Source: Bradymonadia bacterium (GTDB lineage Bacteria > Myxococcota_A > Bradymonadia > UBA7976 > UBA1532). Taken from it: DNA of 64,000 bases. The stretch lies in the NCBI GenBank assembly GCA_046290225.1, contig JBKAGE010000034.1:128001-192000 (forward strand), given 5' to 3'. Positions 48,436 through 56,439 of the stretch are shown piece after piece. Below the pieces are notes generated by a model. That model was not told the DNA's origin. It did no database searches and saw only the letters and a program-made list of their open reading frames with translations. Made by a program: the position numbers and the translations under genes. Position 1 is the stretch's first letter. Every line of letters starts with the position of its first letter.

Positions 48436-49965
48436 TCAGTGCTCGTGGTCTGCGTGATCATGCCCCGTGTGACCATGCTCATGACCCTTGTGCGGGTGCC
48501 CGCCATGGTCGTGAGGGCCGTGACTGTGACCCTTGTGACCCGGGCCACCATGGTCATGGCCCTGGTGGTCGTGGCTGTGACCATGCCCCTTATGGTCGTG
48601 CCCCTTATGGTCATGTCCCTTGTGATCATGACCGTGCCCATGACCACCATGATCATGACCATGCCCATGACCGTGGTTGTGACCGTGGTTGTGGCCATGG
48701 CCGTCGTCTTCGATGCCAATGGCCTTCCCCGAGCCGATGGCCTTGATGCTTTCTCGAAGGGTGTCGAAAGCCCGGGCACGTTGAGGGTTCTCTTCTCCCC
48801 CCCAACCCGCCTTCTCCAGTGCTTTGTAGGTCTCCACTGCCATGGGGGCCGTCTCGGGGAATGGCTTGAGCAGACGAATCTGATCCGCGATGAGCGAGAA
48901 GGCGCCAGGGTTCGCCTCGGCGGCCTTGAGGCTTTGCTTGAACAAAGCAAAGAAAGGCCCTCGATCAGGCACACGATCTACATGCTGCATCAAGTCCTGC
49001 ACGGCAACAGGGAGCGACTTCAACGCCTCAGGCTGGTTGCCGAGTACGCTCTTCAAACGCGCCTCCAGGCGGGTGTAGGCGTCAGGGTGATTCAGGCGCC
49101 GCAGGCCCAGCCGACATGCAGGCTCGAGCTCGGGACCAGGGCACCACCCGAGGACCTCCTCCGCCATGTTCATGCGACCGGCGAGACCCATGAGCGCTAC
49201 CTTCGCGGGGCCCTTCGCGGTCTTGTGCCAGTCCAGCACTTGGGCGGGCTCCACCTTGCAGCCCTCTTTGAAGCAGCGTGAGATGCCCTCGATGGCGCCA
49301 GCGCGGACCGCGTCGGCGCTGTCGCTGCCCGCCACCTCGACGAGCAACGGGCCGAGGTTTGGCGGCACATAGATGTTCAGGAGCCGGAAGAGCACCACCC
49401 GCTCCTGCTCATTTTCTGTGGCTTTGATGCGGTCGAAGATCTTGCGGTGGTACTTCAAGTCGCCGTCGTCGGGCTGGTACCGCAGCCGCTTGAAGGCCGT
49501 CGCCACCAACTCTCGGGCAGCAGCTCGCTCCACACGATGCTCAGCGCCCAGGCGGCTGATGGCCACATCGAGTCGATCGAAGGCAGCGGCATGGGTACCC
49601 GGGTTCTTACGTTCGAAGCGATCGAAGGCCCCACGCATGGCGTTGATGGGCCCCCGCCACTTTCGGCACCGCACGAGGAGGGCCTCTGCAGGTGCAGTCT
49701 CGGGGCCCTTGCAGGACTCAGGGACCAGCTTCAGGGCCGCCAGCGTGAGCCGGGCCACCTCTGAGGCGCCAGAGTCGGCAGCCTTGGGGGCCTCTTTGGA
49801 TGTGCTCTCCTGCCCCTTGGCCTCGGTCTTGCCCTTATCGGATGCGGCGCTCTGCGCGCCGGCCTTGGGCTGCTCGGACTCGCCGGACTTGCCTTTGCAG
49901 CCCGAGAGGGCCCATGGCGCCAGCAGCAACAAGGCGATCGCCGATCGTCCAAAGTACATGTTCAT
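48436..49965 (-). CDS. Helical lipoprotein with a long C-terminal His-rich tail
   Basis: LSGC lipobox; HEAT-like segment (DAVRAGAIEGI); about 37 His in the last ~90 residues; ATGA coupling to the BtpA gene. Confidence 0.75.
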   Translation of the reverse strand: MNMYFGRSAIALLLLAPWALSGCKGKSGESEQPKAGAQSAASDKGKTEAKGQESTSKEAPKAADSGASEVARLTLAALKLVPESCKGPETAPAEALLVRCRKWRGPINAMRGAFDRFERKNPGTHAAAFDRLDVAISRLGAEHRVERAAARELVATAFKRLRYQPDDGDLKYHRKIFDRIKATENEQERVVLFRLLNIYVPPNLGPLLVEVAGSDSADAVRAGAIEGISRCFKEGCKVEPAQVLDWHKTAKGPAKVALMGLAGRMNMAEEVLGWCPGPELEPACRLGLRRLNHPDAYTRLEARLKSVLGNQPEALKSLPVAVQDLMQHVDRVPDRGPFFALFKQSLKAAEANPGAFSLIADQIRLLKPFPETAPMAVETYKALEKAGWGGEENPQRARAFDTLRESIKAIGSGKAIGIEDDGHGHNHGHNHGHGHGHDHGGHGHGHDHKGHDHKGHDHKGHGHSHDHQGHDHGGPGHKGHSHGPHDHGGHPHKGHEHGHTGHDHADHEH

Positions 49966-50771
49966 GACCATCCTTGAATTGCGTCGAGTGTGGCTCTCAG
50001 GCGGGTCACCCGGGCCTGCTCCACCGGCTGCCGCCAGTCCCCGTCGTACTTAAGGGCCGAGCCCACAATGAGCGCATCGGCGTGGCTCGCCAGACGGGCG
50101 GCGCCCTCTGCGGTGACCCCCGAGCCCACGGCCACCGGCAAGCCAGCGGCGCGGATCGCGTCGACATCATGTGGATCTGTGGGGTCGCCTGTTGCACCAC
50201 CTGTGGCGATCAATACGTCGGCGCCGCAAAAAACAGCCCCCTCGGCGAGGGCCTGCAGCTCGAGATCCCCAGTGATGGCGTGGGCGGCATGCTTCTTCTG
50301 CACGTCGGCCCAGATGGCCACATCGGCGTCGAGGGCGGCAACGGCCCGCATCAATGGGCCTGCAGAGGCGTCCATCCAGCCTTCGTCGGCCACATGGCCG
50401 TAGGCGAAGGCCTCGACGCGGAGAAACTTCGCCCCTGCGGCGACGGCGACCCCGAGGGCCTGCCGATTGGCGCCGGCGAGGACCTGCACCCCTGTGGGGA
50501 TGCCCAGCTCCACCACCGCGGCGGTGGCCAGCGCCATCGACGCCACGGTTTCTGGGGGCACGTGGCCTTTGAGATAGGGCAGATCGCCCATGTTCTCGAC
50601 GATGAGGGCGTCACACCCTCCAGCGACGAGTGCTCGAGCATCGGCGAGGGCCAGCTCGACGATCTCGTTCACTGGGCGCCCGCCTCGGGGACTCCCGGGG
50701 AGCGGGGCCAGGTGCACCATGCCCACCAGGGCGCATCGACCTGAATCCGGCCGCCATCCACGTGCTGCCAT
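49962..50771 (-). CDS. BtpA/SgcQ family protein
   Basis: GMVHLAPLPGSP, VENMGDLPY, ADVQKKH, VGSGVT, IVGSALK motifs. Confidence 0.9.
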   Translation of the reverse strand: MAARGWRPDSGRCALVGMVHLAPLPGSPRGGRPVNEIVELALADARALVAGGCDALIVENMGDLPYLKGHVPPETVASMALATAAVVELGIPTGVQVLAGANRQALGVAVAAGAKFLRVEAFAYGHVADEGWMDASAGPLMRAVAALDADVAIWADVQKKHAAHAITGDLELQALAEGAVFCGADVLIATGGATGDPTDPHDVDAIRAAGLPVAVGSGVTAEGAARLASHADALIVGSALKYDGDWRQPVEQARVTRLRATLDAIQGWS

Positions 50772-50835
50772 GTCTCGAAACCTCTCCCCACAAAGGGCAT
50801 TGTGTTCGGTGTGTCCTGGGCCCGTCGATGAGGGC

Positions 50836-50874
50836 TCAGTGCAGATATCTCAGTGCAGATATATCAGTGCAGAT
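50836..50874. repeat. 14-bp tandem repeat x~3 (TCAGTGCAGATAT-)
   Basis: TCAGTGCAGATATC / TCAGTGCAGATATA / TCAGTGCAGAT; the third copy contains the stop codon of 50864-51700. Confidence 0.85.
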
Positions 50875-51700
50875 GTTGCCGACGGGTGGCCACCTCGGCC
50901 CGTCGCTGAGCGGCCTGCTCACCGTGGACCGATCCTGCGAAGCGATCTGCGGCGTCGTTGTACGTCGCCACCGCCTCCGACAGCGCACCCACCTCTTCGG
51001 CGATGCGACCGTGCAACAGCAGAGCATCGGGCTGCTCCGGCCTCAGGGTGGCCAGGAAACGCGTCGTGCGATAGAGCGCCAGGGTGGCCCCTGCGCGGTG
51101 GTGACTGTTCACGAGGTTGCGCAATACCCGCTCCACCCACTCCACCCAGCCTGTCGCTTCGAGGAAGGCGTCGTCCCACTGCACCTTGCCCCCGAGCAGC
51201 TTGCCCACGATGCGCTGGCACTGGCTCGGGCTGAGGGCAGCGCCTCGATTGAAGGGATCGATGAGGGTGCCAGCACCCTCACCCACCCTGAGAATGAAGT
51301 GCCCCGGCATACCCACCCCCTCGGCGTGGATGCCGGCGCCCCGAGCCACGAGGGCCCACAAGGCACTGAGCAGAATCGGCAGGCCCCGTCGCCGGCGACT
51401 GACCACCGTGAGTCTGCTGTTGTCGGGGTGGTGGTAGTCGGCCTCGTCACCGCGAAAGTCGAGCTGATCACCGAGCACATGCCCCAGGGCTCGCGCAGGA
51501 TCACCGAGTGATCCCGTGCGCAGCTCCGCTGCAACCCAGTCGCTCCAGATGGAGAGCTGCTGTCGGCACACGTTGGCCGCCGAAACAGACACCCCCTCGA
51601 TGGCGAGCAGGGCGCCACACAAATCACGGATCTCGATGGCCTCGACGAAGGTCTTCAAGCTCACGTCGTCTTCAGCGGTCCACAGTTCGGTCACTTCCAT
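50864..51700 (-). CDS. SirB1/transglutaminase-like (Transglut_core2) protein with TPR
   Basis: FRGDEADYHHPDNS, RRRGLPILLS, GVGMPGHFILR, IDPFN, RVLRNL. Confidence 0.85.
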   Translation of the reverse strand: MEVTELWTAEDDVSLKTFVEAIEIRDLCGALLAIEGVSVSAANVCRQQLSIWSDWVAAELRTGSLGDPARALGHVLGDQLDFRGDEADYHHPDNSRLTVVSRRRRGLPILLSALWALVARGAGIHAEGVGMPGHFILRVGEGAGTLIDPFNRGAALSPSQCQRIVGKLLGGKVQWDDAFLEATGWVEWVERVLRNLVNSHHRAGATLALYRTTRFLATLRPEQPDALLLHGRIAEEVGALSEAVATYNDAADRFAGSVHGEQAAQRRAEVATRRQHLH

Positions 51701-51766
51701 GGGGGGAGTTCAACGCGAACGCTCAGAGAGGGCAAGGGCAAATTGTCGACCTGAGGCAGGCGAGGC

Positions 51767-52897
51767 TCAGAAGACGCTGACCAGGGCGGCGGGGATGGCG
51801 AAGAAGACCACCCCCACATAGACGGGGCCGGCCCAGCGGTGCTGGGCACACAGGGCGCCGAACTTGCGGGCCAGGGTGATGGGCAGGGCCTTGAGGGGCA
51901 GGAACACCGCCGTGCCCATCAGGTTGAAGAGCAGATGGCAGAAGGCGATGGTGACCGCCTCGGGCACACCGGAAGCGAAGGCGGCGAGCAAGGCGGTGAT
52001 GGTGGTGCCGATGTTGGCGCCGAGCATGAACGGGAAGGCCGCCTCGAGGGTGACCATACCGGTGCCGATCAGCGGCACCACCATGCTGGTGGTCACCGAG
52101 CTCGACTGCACGGCCACGGTGAGCATGACACCCAGGCCGAGACCCTTGAAGGGGTTCCCAAAGAGGAACTTGTCCACCACCCGCTGAAGGGTGGGCGCCA
52201 GCGCCCCCTTCATGATCTTGACCATCTGCGAGAGCGAGATGATCAGCATCACCAGGGCCACGACCAGCAAGACCGAGCCCAGGATGACCTTGCTCTCGAT
52301 GAACTGACCGCCAAAGGTCTGGATCTCTTTGATCACCGGCTTGGTGATGACCGCGATGGGGCTCGTCAGAGTGGCGCCGCTGAAGCCGAACATGGCCCCA
52401 GTGAGGGCCTCGGCCCCCCGCTGGATCGGGTGGAACATGATCTCGAGGGGCAGGAACAACAACACCGCGCACAGATTGAAGAAGTCGTGGACGACGGCGC
52501 CGGAGAACGCCCGGCCGAAGGCCTCACGCTCTCCGATCTGACCCATGGAGACGATGGTGTTCGTGATGGTGGTGCCGATGTTGGCCCCCATCACGATGGG
52601 CACGGCCTGGCCCACTGTGAGCGTGCCGTTGGCCACCATGATGACCGTGAGGGTGGTCGTGGTGGAGGAGCTCTGAACCAGGGAGGTGGCCAGAACCCCG
52701 ATGATGAGGCCAATGATGGGGTTGTGGGCCGAGGCGAGGAGCGCCTGGGCTTCTTCTTTGCCGAAGAGCTTCATCGAGCCGCTCATGAGCCCGATGGACA
52801 AGAAGAATATGTAGAGGACCGCCAGGAAGGCTATGGCGGCGACGAGGTTCTCGTGAGGTCGCCTCGCCACAGGTGCTGGATTGTTGATCGGCACCAT
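51767..52897 (-). CDS. Na+/phosphate symporter (NptA/NaPi-II family)
   Basis: Two repeats of QSSS..T and GANIGTT; VVHDFFN; polytopic. Confidence 0.92.
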   Translation of the reverse strand: MVPINNPAPVARRPHENLVAAIAFLAVLYIFFLSIGLMSGSMKLFGKEEAQALLASAHNPIIGLIIGVLATSLVQSSSTTTTLTVIMVANGTLTVGQAVPIVMGANIGTTITNTIVSMGQIGEREAFGRAFSGAVVHDFFNLCAVLLFLPLEIMFHPIQRGAEALTGAMFGFSGATLTSPIAVITKPVIKEIQTFGGQFIESKVILGSVLLVVALVMLIISLSQMVKIMKGALAPTLQRVVDKFLFGNPFKGLGLGVMLTVAVQSSSVTTSMVVPLIGTGMVTLEAAFPFMLGANIGTTITALLAAFASGVPEAVTIAFCHLLFNLMGTAVFLPLKALPITLARKFGALCAQHRWAGPVYVGVVFFAIPAALVSVF

Positions 52898-53022
52898 TGA
52901 TGCGCTCCAAAAACAGGAGAGTTCGATGCCATAGATGCCTGCTCGTCGCCCTGAATTCCAGGACATCTCTCATGTCTTCAAGAGTTCCCTCGGCCGTCAC
53001 AGAGATGACACATTTTGACCGC

Positions 53023-54708
53023 TCAACCGAGGCGTTGAGAGACCGCTCTGCGGAGGGCGATGCCGAGCTGCAGGTGGCGGTGCTCGATGGCGCGTTCTAC
53101 AGCTCTCAGGCGGCTTTCGAGGGCTTCGACAGCACGCTCTTTTGCCGAGAGCGCCGTGGTGCGCTCCGCCTTGAGGCCCAGCCGGCTCTTGTGGAGTTCG
53201 CAGATCTGAAGTTGCACGTCGGCGAGGCGCTGCCTGCGACCGCTCTCGGAGCTGCGACGCCGCTCCAGGGCCCCCGCCACTTCGGCGCGCTCCCGGAACA
53301 GGTGCTCCATCTGTGACAGCGCGTTGTCGATGTCTTCTTGGAAGAGATCGCCAAATTCGATGATGCTGCCAGGCCTGCGAGAGGCCGTGGCATAGAGCGT
53401 GGCCTGGTGGCTCTCGAGCTGGTGGTAGAGGCGCGCATACTCAGCGTCGAGATCGCCGATCTGGTCTTCGAGGGCGGCGATGTGTCGCCCGTCATCCTCC
53501 GCCTCCTGCTCGATCTGATCGACGTCGCCCTGCAAGATGCTGATGGCATGCTCCAACGGGCGCAGCCGGCCTTCGAGGGTGGTGGCCAGGACGTCGGCCT
53601 CCGCTCGGGCATCTTCGAGGGCGACCTTCATGCGATCCCGATCTTCGGTGAGCACCTCGATGTGATGCTGTAGCTGGGCCAGCGCCTCGGGGCGCTCCTC
53701 CGGTCGCCACAGCTCCTCGATGCTCGCCGCGACGTTCCGGGCATAACGCGCCATGTCGGCCTTGCGGCCCAGGCTGGGCAGCTGCAGGTCCGCCAGGAGA
53801 GGCCCGGTCGCGCGGGCGGTCTTCATGAGCGTCTTGACGCCGGCCCCCGAGGTGTCGTGCACGGCGAGGCCGTCGAGGATCTCACCGAGTTCCGTGCAGC
53901 TGCTGTACCGATCCTCGGGCTTGCGGGCGATGCACCTCATGATGACCTGCTCCAGGTCTTCGGGCACATCGTGTCGGCGATGCCGGACAGGTACTGGGCG
54001 GCCCCTCAAGTGGGCCTGCATCACCTTCACGGGGTTGGCCCCCATGAACGGCGGCTCCCCCACCACCATCTCGTAGAGCAACAAGCCGAGCTGGTAGATG
54101 TCGCTCCGCGCATCGATGTCCCCGGCCATGGCCTGCTCGGGGCTCATGTACTCCGGCGTGCCCAGGGTCATGCCCGTGGCCGTGGCGGCAAGCTTGCTCG
54201 GATCATCGGCGTCGAGCTTGGCGATGCCGAAGTCGAGCAGCTTCACGAAGTCGCGATGGCGCTGGTCTTGAACCAGCATCACATTGCCGGGCTTGATGTC
54301 GCGATGAAACACCCCGCGGGCATGGGCACACGCGAGACCCTGGCACATCTGGGCGCCGATGAAGGCTGCCCGCCCGGGGGCAAACTGGCGATCCTTGGCC
54401 AGGGCCACAGCGAGGGTGTCGCCGTCGAGGCGCTCCATGACGATGTAGGCGAGGTTCTCTTCTGCAGCGCCGTAGTCGTACACACGCACGATGTGCTCGT
54501 TGTGCAGTGAGCAGATGACCCGACCCTCCTGCATCATCCGCGCGAGGGGATCACGCCGCCGGGCGAGGGTGCGCTTGAGCACCTTCACCGCCACACGGGT
54601 GCGATCCGTGTGGTGCTCGGCTTCGAACACCGCTGCCATGCCCCCGGTGCTGATGAGGGACTTGAGGACATAGTCCCCGATGGGGGTCTCCAGGAGAGAT
54701 TCCATCAT
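53023..54708 (-). CDS. Hanks-type Ser/Thr protein kinase with C-terminal coiled coil
   Basis: GGMAAVF, VAVKVL, HRDIKPGN, DFGIAK, GTPEYMSPEQ, SDIY; long heptad-rich tail and no TM segment. Confidence 0.93.
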   Translation of the reverse strand: MMESLLETPIGDYVLKSLISTGGMAAVFEAEHHTDRTRVAVKVLKRTLARRRDPLARMMQEGRVICSLHNEHIVRVYDYGAAEENLAYIVMERLDGDTLAVALAKDRQFAPGRAAFIGAQMCQGLACAHARGVFHRDIKPGNVMLVQDQRHRDFVKLLDFGIAKLDADDPSKLAATATGMTLGTPEYMSPEQAMAGDIDARSDIYQLGLLLYEMVVGEPPFMGANPVKVMQAHLRGRPVPVRHRRHDVPEDLEQVIMRCIARKPEDRYSSCTELGEILDGLAVHDTSGAGVKTLMKTARATGPLLADLQLPSLGRKADMARYARNVAASIEELWRPEERPEALAQLQHHIEVLTEDRDRMKVALEDARAEADVLATTLEGRLRPLEHAISILQGDVDQIEQEAEDDGRHIAALEDQIGDLDAEYARLYHQLESHQATLYATASRRPGSIIEFGDLFQEDIDNALSQMEHLFRERAEVAGALERRRSSESGRRQRLADVQLQICELHKSRLGLKAERTTALSAKERAVEALESRLRAVERAIEHRHLQLGIALRRAVSQRLG

Positions 54709-54801
54709 CTCGATTGCATCCTGTCGCTCTAACCTGGGCCTGATCTTGCCAAGGCTGATGGACCCTACCATGATCACGGCCGAGATGAGGAGGCGCCCTC
54801 G

Positions 54802-56430
54802 ATGGCCTTAATCAACGCACCGCTCCATGAGCTCGACCGCAGCTATGCGGCCCGAGCCGTGGCCCGAATGGCCCACACCAGCGATTTGATGCTCGCCCAC
54901 TTCGAGCACCGTCACCACCTGCCGGTACCGGAGCACTGGCATGCACCGGATCGACTCGATCTGCGTCATGATCCGGCCTCGAGCCCGGGCTGGCAGGGCG
55001 GCGTACTCAAAGAGTCGAAGTACAGCCACTTCCGCCTGGATGGCCCCATCGGCAGCTTCAACCCGGGGCACCGTGCCAAGTGGACCACCCACGAGCTCTG
55101 CCATCGCCTGGTGGGCTTCGGCTGGTCCCCCTCCGGCTCGCTGCTCTTCAACGCCCTTGCAGCCCGGCTCTCCGAGGTGCTCCCCGTGGCGCTCTACTAC
55201 TTCTTCGACGAGGCCGGCCTGAGGCGGTGTCCGGAGCATGCCGGCGGCGGGCCGCTCTTCGGGGACTTCTGCGCCGCGTGTGAACACGCTGCAGAGCAGG
55301 GGCCTCTCGAGGAGGATCCAGATGCCGAGCGCTGGCTTGAGGCCGGTCAGGCATTCGTCCATCGAGAGCTTGAGGCTGTCGCGCGTTCCGTGGAGCTGGG
55401 GCGGCCCCTGCCCCACCGCTACGCCACCCTCGACCTCGCCAGCGACGGCGTCGCCTACGCTCGGGCACACCACGTGCGACTGACCAGCCCCGAGTTCGCC
55501 GAGTTCATGACGTGTTTCTACAGGCCAAATCAGGGCTGGTTCGACCACCTCGACGATCTTTCGGAGCGTGTGCTCCAGGTCATGGGCGCCCTGTGTGGTG
55601 GCCCGGATGCCAGCCCCCTCGATGGCGATCGGTGGTTGTGGGCAGCGCAGGATCTCGGCTGGCGGCTCTATCAAATCAAAGCCGAGACCCGGGGGCCGCT
55701 CCTCGCCGATCTCGACGCCGTGCTCTCGGATCTCGCCTCGACGCCCACAGCCGAGGGCATCGTGGCCTGCGAGGCCCGGTACGCCGAGCTCGCCGATGAA
55801 TGGTATCTACCACCGGCACAGGACGTCTTCGCGGTGGGATACCCGCTTCCGGAGCACCATGGCCGCTCCGCTTCGGCCCTGGCCGAGGGCCTCGGTTCCG
55901 TGTGCCCGAACACCCTCGCCGCCCTCGGAGAGTCGTCAGACGCCCTCGTCGAGGCCTTCACCGAAGCTGACGTAGAAACTCGACGTCCTCTCGCCCATCG
56001 CTTTGCTGACTTCCTCGCCGAGCATCACGACGGCCCTGTGTCTCACCTGGCGCGCTTCGAGGCCACAGTAACGCACCCGCCACAGCTCGACCTGACGGAG
56101 GCCAGCCTGCCTCCCACGAGCGAAGGGACATGGCGCAAAAACCCTTCGGTGGTGGTGCTCCGAGCGCCAGTGAACGTGATCGCCTTTGCAGAGTCACCTG
56201 AGACGTCACCCGAGCCTGATCCCTCAGCGGTGGTCATCGGACGGCGGCCCGACGGCGATCTCACCCTCGCGGAGATCCCCCGGGCCTGGGCTGACGATCT
56301 CGAAGCCCTCACCGACACCGATCTCGTGTTGTCGGACCTCGATCCCGACGCCGCCGAGGCCTTGATCGCCTTGCAGGTGATTCGTCCTCAGCGGTGGGCT
56401 CTGGTTGACGATCCGCTGGGTGTTGATTAG
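54802..56430 (+). CDS. Hypothetical HExxH protein with Cys/His zinc-knuckle-like motif
   Basis: THELCH...LSE; CPEH-x10-CAAC; GAGGAGG RBS. Confidence 0.65.
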   Translation: MALINAPLHELDRSYAARAVARMAHTSDLMLAHFEHRHHLPVPEHWHAPDRLDLRHDPASSPGWQGGVLKESKYSHFRLDGPIGSFNPGHRAKWTTHELCHRLVGFGWSPSGSLLFNALAARLSEVLPVALYYFFDEAGLRRCPEHAGGGPLFGDFCAACEHAAEQGPLEEDPDAERWLEAGQAFVHRELEAVARSVELGRPLPHRYATLDLASDGVAYARAHHVRLTSPEFAEFMTCFYRPNQGWFDHLDDLSERVLQVMGALCGGPDASPLDGDRWLWAAQDLGWRLYQIKAETRGPLLADLDAVLSDLASTPTAEGIVACEARYAELADEWYLPPAQDVFAVGYPLPEHHGRSASALAEGLGSVCPNTLAALGESSDALVEAFTEADVETRRPLAHRFADFLAEHHDGPVSHLARFEATVTHPPQLDLTEASLPPTSEGTWRKNPSVVVLRAPVNVIAFAESPETSPEPDPSAVVIGRRPDGDLTLAEIPRAWADDLEALTDTDLVLSDLDPDAAEALIALQVIRPQRWALVDDPLGVD

Positions 56431-56439
56431 ACCTCACCC

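Noticed and set aside
48418..49281. Met/Val-rich plus-strand ORF
   Set aside because: It is the antisense shadow of the His-rich tail (CAT/CAC read as ATG/GTG)
50836..50874. CRISPR array
   Set aside because: 14-bp units with no spacers and no cas genes
52990..53022. Pho box upstream of the Na/Pi symporter (minus strand GGTCAAAATGTGTCATCTCTGTGAC)
   Set aside because: GTCA units are spaced 10 bp rather than the canonical 11 bp and the match is weak; it remains possible but is unsupported
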